A DNA stretch of 64,000 nucleotides from Amphiscolops sp. MND2022 (lineage: Eukaryota), in the NCBI GenBank assembly GCA_964187785.1, contig OZ076413.1, positions 54,250,001 through 54,314,000 on the forward strand, read 5' to 3'. The notes under the pieces were generated by a model, which was given only the letters and a program-made list of their open reading frames with translations, searched no databases and was not told the DNA's origin. This document shows positions 51,778 through 64,000 of this stretch, one piece after another. Position 1 is the stretch's first letter. Every line of letters starts with the position of its first letter. The position numbers and the translations under genes were made by a program.

Positions 51778-52864
51778 ATCGCCCCAGACGGAAATACCGC
51801 CCCGATCATCAAGCTTGCCGCCCCCAATCAGAAATACCCGGACCACATAGTCGACAAACTGCTCGAATCACTTCGGAACGTCACACAACAGAACATCGGA
51901 CTCCCCAGACTACCGAAAGTGTTGTAAACAACCATGCCCACGTTCAACGGGCGAAATGACAAATTCGAACAATTCGAAGACCTTTTCATGACCAGCCTCA
52001 TGGTAAATCCCAACATCTCCGAGGAGGAGCAAATCCATTACTTCCACTCCCTACTCAGGGACGAAGCCCTCCAATTATACCGCAACATGACTGACACAAA
52101 CCATGCCAGGTTGGAAGACATCTTCGCCACATTAAGGCGCAGATACGTACGCCCACAATCCATCGCAACAGCCCGATGCAAATGGGAGCAACTCTACTTC
52201 GACCCCGACAAACGTTCCAAGACTTTTTGGAACAGTACCAGAAATTGGCACAAGAGGCATACGGAGAAGACGCCCCAAAATTTATAGAAACATCCTTCTA
52301 TGCCAAAATGCCGACCCATTTGAAACGAGTCCTTAACCAAGCCAGATTAGAAACGGAAACCTACGACATGACGGATCAACACTTAGAGAGGGAAATCGAA
52401 CCAAATGGACTGTTAGCTCCCAACGAGACTAACATAACAGGAGTACACCAAATCGATGTACAAGAAATACAACAAGCCCCAAACCCTCCCAAACCATCAG
52501 GCCCATGCTATGGCTGCGGAAATCCCGGCCACATTATCAAAAACTGCCGAAAGACAGCCCGCGAAGCCCGCAATCGAGGCAACAGAGCACCCAACAAAAT
52601 GATTGACCCATGTGAGACATGTGGTAAGAAGAGTCACACAACGCAAGACTGCTATTCAGGCGCCAATTGGGCGAATAGACCACAGTGGTGGAAAACACCC
52701 AGGACTACGCCCCCAAACAGTATCCCGATAACACCACAACAAGGTCAGTACGTAGAAGAAAACCCATCAGTAACCCAACCCCAAATCCAAAACCAGACAA
52801 ATGGCCAAATGGGCTATCAACCGCCCCCTCCAGTGACAACGCAATCCCAGGAACCAAATCAGTC

Positions 52865-52871
52865 AAAAAAC
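52865..52871 (+). other. -1 ribosomal frameshift slippery site A AAA AAC
   Basis: In gag phase directly before the gag TAA; the -1 frame stays open for ~370 codons. Confidence 0.75.
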
Positions 52872-55800
52872 TAATTTCGCCACATCTTCAGTTTGGGAAG
52901 GAGGTCGACACCCGACACTTCACAACATCGGAACCCCCAAACTCTTACTACCATGAAGAAATCACCGTGCGCTGTGAACAACCATCTCTCGACTGGCAGC
53001 GAAGATGGCAAATCTACAGGCTCCATAAGTACAACCGTCAAAATACGACCAAAAAAGACTACCCACAATGGTACCTTAACAACCCGAATGACTACGACAC
53101 TCCAAAACGACCACTACCAGAAAGCACTACCCCCCCTGAAACCTATATCCACGACCCCGACTTCAATTGTGACCCATACCATAATCCCCAACTTTACGAC
53201 AGAGAATCACTAACCTTCAGACAGAAAGAGTGCACGCCATTTGAGGAATACATCAGAAAAACCGGGATGAATATCTCCACGGAACCACAGCATAGACCGA
53301 AAACCATCCAACCTGTACCAGATTACGACCAAGACGCAGAACGCGTCACAGAAATTTTAGTCGACGACACGACTAATAAACCAAAGTCCATACTCAAAAA
53401 ACAGGGACCTCAAATATCGACCCCTCAATCACCACCCAAAGACCAACCAGTCCATCCCATCAGAGCTGGAATCTTACGATCCCCAGCAATGGACGTGGCA
53501 CCTGACAGCCACCAACACAAAAACATTACCTGCAGGACCACGACTGAAGCCGTGGACCTGGCCCAATCTACAACCAACACAGAGATAACCCTCTCCAAAC
53601 CAAAAACGAGGAGAATCAAGCGGTCTCTACTCCTAGAGCCCCTCCCCTTCGGTGAGACATCGATCTCACCCTCCCCCCTCAACAGTCAGTCGGAAGATGA
53701 AGTTGAAGGCACTCAACTCATCATGGCTGACGAAACCAACATGCAGCCTGAATCCCAAGCAGGTGTTACAAACAACACACCTCAACAGAACAGAGCAAGG
53801 TCCTACCTCTCAGAACAGACTGCAGAATACCAGAGGACAAACCATACGAATGGGGAAACACCTACCCCCCCCCCCCTCCCAAAAGGACAGGCAGTCCGAG
53901 GAAGAGTTCGAGGACCCTCGACCCACAGAGACAGCCGCAACCAACATGCAATCTGGATCCCCCACAGGTGCTGTAAATGACACACCGACACAGGACGAAC
54001 CCCAGTCCTACCCCACGGCCCAGATTGCAGAATACCTCACAAAAGACCCCGTGACCAATGAGCAATGCATCCCAATCTTCTCAGTAGTAACGATAAAGAA
54101 GAAGAAGAAAATGCTATTTGCTCCAATGGACTTCCAGGACTTGAACCTCGACGCCCTCAAAGACTCCGGCGCCCTTGTAAACTGTACTTCAGAAACAGAT
54201 TACAAAAAAATCTCCCAAATGTCTCCCGAGGACATAGTCAAGGAATTAGACCCACCCCCCTTCAAACTCCAAGTCGCAAACGGCGACATTGAAACCCCTA
54301 CAAAGACAATCATCCTCCAATTCGAGATCGGTGATTGGAACTTTAAAGAAACCTTCATCGTCGCAAAACGTCTCACAGGCCCAATACTCGGCCTCACTTT
54401 CCTCAAGAACAATAGCGCCATCCTGGACGTGAGCCAAGGACTGCTCCACTTCCCCCATCTAACATATTCGATCGAAACTGACGAATATACCCGTAACAGA
54501 AGGCTATACAAAGTCCAAATCAAAAACTCACTCACCATCCCACCTGAGACAACCCAGACAATCACTGCCTACACGGACATATCATCTACCATCGACACAA
54601 CCGGTGTCATCAACCCAGCAACAAACCATTGCAGCAGTGACCCCTGGTCGTAGCCAGCTCAATATCAACTGCCACGAACCGAAAGATTGACGTCAGAGTA
54701 ACGAATACGACTCCCACACCCTACACCATTAAAAAGAACACAACGATCGCAGAATTCAAAATTATGTCGCCAGAGGAAGCCAAAGAACTCAGACCACTCA
54801 ACACAACAGCACTCAAAGTGCTCACTGGAGACGATTCGGAAGACGCAATAGTCTATTTAAATGAACTCCTAAAAACTTCCGATAAACCATCCAATAACCA
54901 AAACTTCTGGTTCTCCACGCCAGACAACCCCGGGGACCCAAAGACCCACACGCCGATCCAGAGCCGAATCGTGCGAGAAATTAAAGACCTCGAGGAGATC
55001 CAGAAACTAAACCCCAACAACAGCACCGAAGAACGAGAGGCATTCCTCAAGAATTTCCAATGGGATGACACACAACTATCAGAAGAAGAGAAAAAAGACA
55101 TCGAAGAAATACTCATAGAGTACAACGACATTTTCGCCAGGCACAGACTGGATATTCGAATCAACCACGATTTCAAAATCAAACTCACGCCGAAGACTGA
55201 CGAACCAATCTACTCACAGAGCCTGCCATGCCCCATTAACCTAAAAGAAGCTTTGACAGTTGAACTGGCATTGACGCACTACTTCGGGATCATAACAACC
55301 CTCCCATTCAGCAAACATGCCAGCCCAATTTTCGCCAGCGCAAACCAAACGGACGACTACGTCTACTAATGGACCTCAGAAAGATCAATAATTTGATCTC
55401 CGATGATTACATCAACAATAATCATCCAGTCAGCACGCTAACTGATGCTGCGCAACACCTCGCTGGCAAGAAGTTATTCTGTGAGCTTGATTGTTCACAA
55501 GCTTACCACGTACTGCAGATGGCAGACGAGAAGTTCGTCCAACTTCTAGCCTTCAACTTCGCCAGCAGAACATTTGCGTACCTCAGACTGGCCCAAGGAC
55601 TGAGTCGATCACTGTCGTCCTTCTCAAGTTTCATGAGAGAATATCTGGACAAGGCCATAAAGGCGGACAAATGCGCCCAATACGTGGATGACATTGGAAT
55701 CGCCACGAACACAACCGAACAGTTGAAGAACAACCTGAGAGAGGTCTTCCAATGCATCCGCGCAGCAGGACTCCGGCTTACTATGGCCAAATGCCAGTTC

Positions 55801-58300
55801 GGCGCCAAGAAAGTCGAATTCCTTGGGCGAACAAACTCTCCATCCGGCGTGGCACCCCAGAGTCACAAAATCCAGAAGTACTTGCAAACGCTCAAATTCC
55901 CCCGAACAAAGAGAGGCCTCCAAAGATACATCGGATTCGTAAACTACTACAGGAACTACATTCCCCGACTATCAGAGAAGATTGCTCCGTTCCATGAACT
56001 CATAAAATCCGACAAGCCAGCGAAAATTGACCAGGAACTCAGATCCAACTTCGAAGCTATCAACAAGTCATTAGACAACGCGTGTGGACTTTGGCTCAAA
56101 CAGCCTCTGCCAAACCGGCAGTACGTACTGATGACCGACGCCAATTTCAAAAGCGCCGGATACGCCCTAATGACTGAGGAGGACCCCAAACAGAAACTCA
56201 CCTCCACCAGGAAACCGTATGCTCCAGTAGCATTTGGATCCAAAACCTTCTCCCCATCACAATTGAAAATGTCAATTTATGCTAAGGAGTTTTTGGCCAT
56301 CTACTTTGCCTTCATGGAGTATAGCCATATCCTATGGGGGTCCACCAAACCAACAATTGTACTAACGGACAACAAGTCGGTCACGAGGTTTTTCCAAACC
56401 AAGATGATCCCGCCCTCCCTGTGGAATGCCTGTGATTTTGTACTCCAATTTCATTTCAAGATCGCCCATGTACCAGGACGGATGAACACGGCGGCCGACT
56501 TCCTCTCCCGACTGGATATCAGCCCCAAAGAGAAAGTCCTTCTCCAAATCAGAGAAGATATCCAAACCACACCCATCAGGTAACCATCCAATCCTCCGAC
56601 ATTCACGAGGAAGACCAGGTTTACTTCTTGCCGGAAGACGATTCCGAGACAGAAGAAGACATCTGGGAGCGAAAACAACCAGCACGAAAGAAAATATACA
56701 GCCCCCAGGACCATCAAACTGACCCCCCAATTGCTACAGATGAAACAAACTCTCAAACGGAGAACTTGCCATTAGTCTGCAACAATATCCAAGACCCAGA
56801 GCAAACACAGAGGCGCCAACTACACAACGAAACAAGCTTCCCACGCAGTTTGAGACTGCACCAGGACCAGGATCCCGTCCTCAGAAACCTTAAATTAAAA
56901 ATATTAAAAGAGTCATACGACACCCAGCTCCTCAACGACGACCCTAGAGCAACAAAGTACCTAACCCAAGAAGATAGAATCATCATAAAAGACGGGCTAC
57001 TGTACAGACAATACTTCGGAGACAACGGGAAAGTGAAATACTTACAGGTGTTACTTCCCCGACAGTTGGTCGATGAATTCATTCAGAACCACCATGGGAA
57101 GTACGGAAAACACCCCGGCATAGCTAAAACTATCCAACAATGCCGCGAAAAGTACTACTTCCCAGGACTCGCCGCCAGAATAGCCACCCACGTCTCACTA
57201 TGTCAACAATGTGCACAAACAAAGAGAACACCCAACAATAACATCACACCTCCCCTAATCGACATGTCAAAAGTAGCAATGGGACCTGAAGACGCACTCC
57301 AAATGGATATAGTCCCATTTGACGACCCATCAGGAGGATATACGGCAGTTATCACAGCGATGGACGTCTTTTCCGATATCTATTCGCCTACAGCGTCACT
57401 AGAATCGACACCAGAACCGTCACCCGAGTCCTTACAGACATCATCACCAGACACTGCTATTTACCCACAACAATCATTACAGATAAAGGGTCCCAATTCA
57501 TATCGGAAGCTATGCAGCAAACGACTGCAGCTTTGGGCATCCAATTGAAACACGCTACAACAAAGCACGCCCAATGATAGGCATCCTGGAACTGACTCAC
57601 GCCTCCCTGAAAGAAAGCCTGAAAATTATGAAAGGAGAAAGGCGTACAATGTGGCACCAATTCTTACCAATGGCGGTACTGAACTACAATACTTCATACC
57701 ATACGTCCCTAGGCTGCGAACCCAGCAGAGTGTTCCACGGGCGAGTCCCCTACAATGTACTCGACCTGAAATACGGGCTCAAACCACAACACCCCACCCC
57801 AGTCAACAGTGAAATTGTTGAAGGAGTACTCCGACAGACAAAAGAAATCGTCGAGCAGACACAACAATCACTGATGCAGGCTTACGTTTGTCATAAACAC
57901 TAATATGACAAGAAGGCCTCAGCTAACCCCTTGGTAGTAAACGACTACTGCTATGCATTGCATCCAAAGGCGCATAGCCAATCAACAAAACTGCCGTTTA
58001 GAGACTACCTTTGGACGGGACCATATATCGTGGTCAAAACATTACCAAACAACAATTATCTAGTTCGAGAACTTCAAACAAACTCCACACAAATCCTACA
58101 TAGAATCAGGCTCCGACCATTTACAAGTACTTATAAATTGCCTGATATCTCCACACCCCCCAAAGATTTCCAGCAGGACAACGAAGTTGCCATACAACAT
58201 GACGACCTATACGCCCTAGGCAAGATCTCTACCAAGCAAACCCTAACCACCCCGAAGATAGCCAATCACCCGAACCTAAATTGACACCACCAACCCCAGA
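52872..58300 (+). pseudogene. pol: Pol: spacer, protease, RT, RNase H, integrase (several indels)
   Basis: DSGA; LDCSQAYH; YVDDIG; TDANFKSAGY; HGKYGKH...CQQC; QMDIVPF. Confidence 0.95.
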
Positions 58301-58973
58301 AATGGCTGCAGAATCCACTCACCCCAACCCAATGCATGAACCAGAAGACATTAGCAGTCACCCGGAAGCCCAGGCAGACGACCCAACTCTGGACACTGCA
58401 GACAACCCTGAAGATTCCACCCCACTCCTAAGTCCCACGAAAATTGAAATACAATCTCCGCCAAAACCCGACCTCAAATTGGAAGCCAGATTTCGCTTAC
58501 TACAACGCTATAGAGGTCAATTCAAACAACTCGATAATCCTGAATCACGGGCCAGACGACAGCCCAGAAATACAAGTTTTAGCGGACCTCGGCCCTGACG
58601 GTGGCCTGAGATCAGGAAATTGAAAAGGCCCCAGGCGCTAACCTGGACAGCTATACTGTGACTCATATTCAATTCTCCTCAACTTATAATGGCTCTTTTT
58701 TCTCTCTTACACTCTACTACTCTACAACTTGGATGAAAACAACACAGAGGCTAAATACTAAATTGACTGGCCCAACGGACCATTGAGCTGCTTCAAATTT
58801 TTTCTTTGCTCCATAATACCAGAGCTTTCTTATCTCGATTTTCTATCTATTTTATTTTCTAAAACGGAACCGAATAGTGGAACCCTATAACATCAGAACA
58901 ATGGGCACACAATAAAGAGAAACAACAAAGAAAATAAATCAAAGCAGTCCATCAACGGGCAGTTTCAAATGAT

Positions 58974-61536
58974 TCAATAAGACTTCTCTTGACGAGATCC
59001 TTTCCTCGACACCGTTCTCTTCTTTTGCACCGACGAACTCGTACAGGCCTGCACTGGTTCGGATGCCTCAACTTCAGAAACAGTCTCAGCAGCAGACGTA
59101 GTACCAGACGGCACACCACGGGATGATCGCCCACCAGTCATCCGAGATCTCCACCCCTCAACCTGACCAGTGTAGTAGGCGGTGTAACAGCGAAACAAAC
59201 TCTCAAAAACCTCCGTCCAAGCATGACGACTGATATCCACGAACGGATCGAAGGAGGTGCGCGCCAAGAACTGATGCCCCACAGGCAAATTCACTTTTAA
59301 CTCCTCCAAACACTCCACGGTCAGTAAATCATTCGAGACAAACTTGGGATGGAGAACAAACGACTGCACCGCACTGATCCCTGAACGGATAACAGCTTTA
59401 GGAAGACCAACTCCACTACTTGAAATATCCACCGGAGGCATGGTGTTTGGCCCAGAACACACCATCACTCGCAACAGACGAACAACTTGTTTGACGTAGC
59501 CCCGGCACTGATAAACATCACTAGCTTCCAAAAATCCGAATACATCACAAATTTGTTCAGGATCAGAAGACCGTTGACGTAGGTCTACAACCAGAGACTT
59601 GAACTCATTTACAGAGGCCTCCCGGTCAACTCCACTCAGGAAGCTAGCACCATGTAAACAGCTCACCAGATCTTGAATCAAATCTACCACATACTCAGCA
59701 TCTCCACACAGCAGCATATCTACACTCAAACAGCTGAGCAAACGGGCCACACAGGAATTACAATAAGCTGAAGATCCAAGCCGTTTCAACAACTCAAGCA
59801 AAGACCCTTGACATTCACGCAGGAAGGTGCGACGAGGAGCGTCATCAAAACCCCGCAACGCCGTCATGATGCTGGGCTCAGACTGCAAACACTCCCCAGC
59901 GGTAACATTTGCCCAATTGGTCGGAGGCTGATCGATGTACTCAAACCAAATATCCACAGACGGTAACTGACTAACTTTCTTCACCTTGCCCAAAAGACTC
60001 CAGTAAAAAAAGCAAAAGTCAGTAAAATTGCGGCACCCGTAATCCCGAACCTTCGGATCCTGCTGCCTCCTGAAGTTCGAACTGTAGCACAGCAACACAA
60101 CGTGCAAAAAAGCAAAACGAGGCAAGACCAAACGATCACCACACAGAAGAGAATCGAGATCCACAACATTCCCTGACTTCTTCATCAATAGCACATTGTT
60201 CGATAAGCACAGCTTCACGTCAGCCCAATTATCCAGAAGTTCCTGCAGAACCCCACACAAAGACGCAAAGGGCACGACTCCGGTTTCCAAGCATAGACGC
60301 AATTGAGGCAGATTTAAAAAACCACGCCTGGTGACGCACCCGCTTGAAACGCTGAACCAAATACTCCAGAGCTGAGAACGGATCCACAGACCCCACACAC
60401 ACAATACTGGACTCATTGATTAGACGCCGCAACATATCGGGATCGAAAGCCATAGCAACAACAGGCACAGGACGACCAACAGTCTGACACCAGTCGATAT
60501 ACCCATTAAATAGAACAAGTGGGCAGTTCAAAATTGAAACAGGGCTACGAATCGTCGACACAAGGGACAGAACACGTGCTAGACACCGCATCTCAGCCTC
60601 ACAGGATGTCTCACCATGAGGTTCTTCAAAGAGGTGTACCTCGCGAAGACAGTCATCGGGGCAGCATCGGACGATACACTTCACACCGGAGTATGAAGAC
60701 CGCAGCGCCAAGCTAAACGGGCCATCCCCAAGCCATGACTTCACACGACGAAGAACACGCGGATAGAGAGTCAGCACAAGGACCACCAATGTCTCCGTCT
60801 TACTCCATGTAACTGAAGCGTATGGACTCTCGACTGGCAAAGTAGTCCGCAACTGGTTCCACAGCCGACGCAAGAATAACTGGGACCCTCGACTTTTCAA
60901 CAGTTCCAACAAACATCCCACAAGAGTCGTTGGGGGCACATTGGATGGGACGCCAACCAGTGCATCCACTTCGTCTTCCAGAAACTTGTTCATCCGCCCC
61001 AATAACACAGGAGGAGTTTCTTCAATCTCGGCACGTTGTTCAGCAGTCAGGTCAGCAACCCGGATGGGATCAAACTTCACCGTATAAATCACATCCTCGT
61101 GATCGTAACGGTACCGACGACCTTTGAGGTAGTGACCCTTGCACTTGAAATGCCGCCAGATGCCTCTTGCACCCCGAGACAGAAAGGAAACATCTTTCTT
61201 GCAAATCGAACAGTTGAACCCATTCTGACTCTTGTCATCACGTCGACTGACAAACAACCGGGGAATCGCATGGTCACTCATGGCTTTTGTCAACACATGA
61301 CGCTCCGTCTGCCGTTTTGCCCGTTCTTCATCCCGAGCCAACAGTTTCTCCTTCTTCGCCTCTAGAGGATCCAACACCCGTCCAGGGTTATCAGCGTCAA
61401 TGCCTTTCCCTTTCAGGAGCTGAGACAACTCCTCAAATTCAAAACACAACAACAAGTAGTCAAACAAATGACAGCATACGACAACACTCCATACAAATAC
61501 CCACGAGATAGAAGCAAACAAAACAAAACAACCCAA
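58974..61536 (-). CDS. Antisense zinc-finger, hAT-transposase-like protein (~850 aa; one apparent +1 T indel at ~60316)
   Basis: Two long overlapping ORFs (435 and 480 aa) that fuse if the T6 run is T5; CSIC-x16-H-x5-H finger at 61132-61212. Confidence 0.7.
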
Positions 61537-61594
61537 AAGAAACCATCGGAAAAGTCAAGAAAGCCCAGCAACAGAACAACAACAATACACTTAC

Positions 61595-62830
61595 GCTTAG
61601 CCAGGTTTTTAGTTTCTTTAAGAGACTCAGTTCGTTCAGCTCGGGCAGCGCTTCGGGCCAGCAACACACACTGCGCCGCGGACATCATCATTGGTGAACC
61701 AGGAGGAACTGCATCCAGACCAGCTGACAACAAACGAGCAAGTTTCACAACACTACAAACTGACGCTAAATCGCACCATGAGCAAAAGTACACAACACGA
61801 AGAGGGCATAAAGAGCGGAATGAAAATGACAACTCAATGTACCATTTTCCCAGTCATTGTACACAACTGAGGCCCCACCCCAACAGCAACTCGTCCGTGC
61901 TTAGTCCTGCCACGCTTGGACGACACACCGGGTAGCTCCGAGACAGCATCACTGACAGAGGCAGGAGTATCACCCGCCACCTCACACACAAATTTATCAC
62001 TGTCTTCGGAAGACTCAATTCCCGGCCCAGGCACTGCTCCAGCAACTATAATACAACCAAGATATGAACAACAGGAAATGCAGAATAAGTGTCCCTACAA
62101 GCAATACATGAACCCAATTCATTGTACATGACACCCCTAGAAAGAGAATGAGAAAGAATACCTACTTTCAAGAGTCCGAGAAGCAGAAATCATGAGGGGC
62201 ACATGGTCATCTCCCGAACTGTCATGAGCAGAGGGCGGCCTGGTAATCGAACCAGAAATGACATCCGCCAATCGAACCCGTTTCGCAGACTGCACACTGG
62301 TAGTTGACAACATTCGACCAGCCCTTGCCTTCTTCTTACTTTGGACCTCGTACTACGGATTGGGGCATAATCCTCATCAGATCCATCATCGGTAGCTACA
62401 GAAAGTAGATGAATAGAACGCGTTCAAAGAAACCTAGAAAAAGCTGGCCACCTATTAATTTCTAGAAAAGATTACCTTTCTTTCGTGCCAAGTAGTCAAT
62501 GTCATGCCGGTCATCACTTGTGCCAGAATGGAAAGACCCAGTTGCGATAACACTCTCATGCTCTCCGCTACTGTCATCACTGGAATTTGCTTTGTCACTA
62601 AAGCCTGGCACACGTCCCTCTGCTTGCTCAACCGACACACCAGCTTCCTCCTGAACGCCGCCACCACTCGCCTCTTCATTTTCAACATCACCCCCACATC
62701 CACTAGTTTTTTCCTCTCCCCGGACAACTGACTCAACCACAGACTCAACTTCCGCTCCACTCTCAACTAACTCTGCTTCTCGACTGCGGTGCAACAATGC
62801 ACTATCTTCTTCAGTGGAACACATAATCAA
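61595..62830 (-). CDS. Putative upstream exons or ORFs of the antisense cassette (acidic, low complexity)
   Basis: ORFs 62462-62950, 61834-62034 and 61413-61832 separated by GT...AG-bounded GT-rich tracts. Confidence 0.45.
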
Positions 62831-63049
62831 TTCTCTGGAAATAACAAACCATGAAACATAAAAAGAAGATGTGGCGTAAAACCAATGAAAAATCAATACT
62901 AGAAGTTTTCTATTATATAACGAGAGTTGTTCAGTCTGCCAGCTGAACAATTCAAAAGCTCAACACAAATGGTGTGAACAGATTTTCAGGACGCAGCTTA
63001 GTCAGTTATATTCCTAATCAACTGACAATCAGCTTGCCAATCAAATAAA

Positions 63050-63646
63050 ATGTACAATTCCAACTCTAGCGATCAAACGAATGAAGACGTCTTTATACTC
63101 GAACGAGATCAGCAAGCACATCCAAGACAAAGGCCCATTACACCGCCGCCTAATTATAATATTATCAATCCAATGCAGCTTACTATTACTTATGAAATAA
63201 TTAAAACGGAAGATCTACCCGTCGTCCTTGTCCATGAACAATCACTCGAGATTGCGATTAGCGCTGAAAACGAACAAGGAGTAATACGAAGGTTCACTAC
63301 AGATAATCCGGGTATCCCAGATGACGAGTTCGTGAGCCCAGTCCGACCGTTCAACCACGAAGGCCGACACAGCCCTGACTATATTTTTGACAGCCCTATC
63401 AGCTCATACAGCAGCTCGGAAGGCTACTGGTCAGGAAGCGACTGGGACACAGATTCCTCATGGAGATCCTACGACTCAATGCGCGACGATCTACCCACTT
63501 TGTTCGACACTCCAACCCGGTCGATATTCCAATTCCTCCTTCCAGATATGACAGCGCATCGAAGCCGAGGACTGTCACAGCCCCAGCTAAGCTGTGAGAG
63601 TTGCCACGTAGTAAGCGCAGTCTACGAAGAAGGAAATTGGGATTAG
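63050..63646 (+). CDS. 3' sense ORF of element C (198 aa), last ~24 codons inside the 3' LTR
   Basis: Intact ATG-to-stop ORF, acidic/Ser/Pro-rich, crosses the LTR start at GGA CTG TCA CAG. Confidence 0.65.
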   Translation: MYNSNSSDQTNEDVFILERDQQAHPRQRPITPPPNYNIINPMQLTITYEIIKTEDLPVVLVHEQSLEIAISAENEQGVIRRFTTDNPGIPDDEFVSPVRPFNHEGRHSPDYIFDSPISSYSSSEGYWSGSDWDTDSSWRSYDSMRDDLPTLFDTPTRSIFQFLLPDMTAHRSRGLSQPQLSCESCHVVSAVYEEGNWD

Positions 63647-64000
63647 AAGGAAAGAGAGAAAAGGCAAGTGAAATAACTGATATACGACTAATACGAATAT
63701 ATAATTATTGTTTAAAATTATTTCGGAGCTAAAATTATATTTATATAAGTATATATATATAATAATACTTACATACAAAAACATATAAATACTCACCCAG
63801 CGTGCTAACAAGTGCAGTTAATATTAATAATACAGTGCTATGTAACTAATAATAATCAAATCACACCGCTTAGCAAGCGACCTGAGGTATTTATGGCGGA
63901 ACTGCGGCCTGGCAGCCGGCATGAGAATTGTGCTGTGAAGCGCCGGCCTGGCGAGTGGCCTGAAATCAAATACGCTGTGCGCTGCTACCTAACAGCGTTG
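63573..64000 (+). repeat. 3' LTR of element C (partial)
   Basis: Matches 49832 onward. Confidence 0.92.

Larger units (their letters stand above)
51410..52874 (+). pseudogene. gag: Gag (two frameshifts), begins in the LTR; two CCHC zinc knuckles
   Basis: MPTFNGRNDKFEQFEDLF capsid-like segment; CYGCGNPGHIIKNC and CETCGKKSHTTQDC. Confidence 0.9.
49832..64000 (+). mobile_element. Ty3/Gypsy LTR retrotransposon C (near full length, predicted ~15.7 kb, runs off window)
   Basis: LTR copies start at 49832 and 63573 (TGTCACAGCCCC...); PBS; gag-pol; antisense cassette. Confidence 0.95.

Noticed and set aside
52685-52864. Independent gene start for the 431-aa ORF
   Set aside because: Overlaps gag in the -1 frame; better explained as Pol entered by frameshift
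60312-60324. Programmed -1 frameshift (U-rich) in the antisense gene
   Set aside because: Codon phase TGG TTT TTT AAA does not fit X XXY YYZ; a single extra T (mutation or sequencing error) explains it
58600-63572. env gene in the post-pol region
   Set aside because: No sense ORF with signal peptide, furin site and TM anchor; the long ORFs are antisense and look nuclear

Overview
AT-rich animal genomic DNA; the species cannot be established from the sequence alone. It is dominated by nested retroelements and contains two host genes. (1) Two very large Ty3/Gypsy LTR retrotransposons. Element A (6302-22280) is old and degraded, lacks most of gag and has an internal ~2.03-kb tandem duplication. 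Element C (49832 to beyond the window end) is younger, with LTRs roughly 95% alike by eye and recognisable gag, protease, RT, RNase H and integrase. A third family is represented by a 3' ORF plus LTR (B, ~34477-36536). (2) Two tandem minus-strand paralogues of a claudin/PMP22-like four-TM protein with identical exon 1 and exon 2 lengths and phases (23348-29786; 38138-42361). (3) Two decayed CR1-type LINEs, one with an SGNH-esterase ORF1, plus tRNA-derived SINEs, foldback and palindromic repeats and satellites. The most notable observation is an unusual architecture shared by the LTR families. The gag ORF starts deep inside the LTR and reads through a tRNA-Leu-like PBS. A short acidic ORF reads into the start of the 3' LTR in the same codon phase in all three families. 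A 5-6 kb antisense cassette between pol and the 3' LTR has spliceosomal-type introns and encodes a zinc-finger protein that by eye resembles a full-length hAT transposase lacking its catalytic motifs. All homology calls were made by eye and need HMM or structure confirmation.
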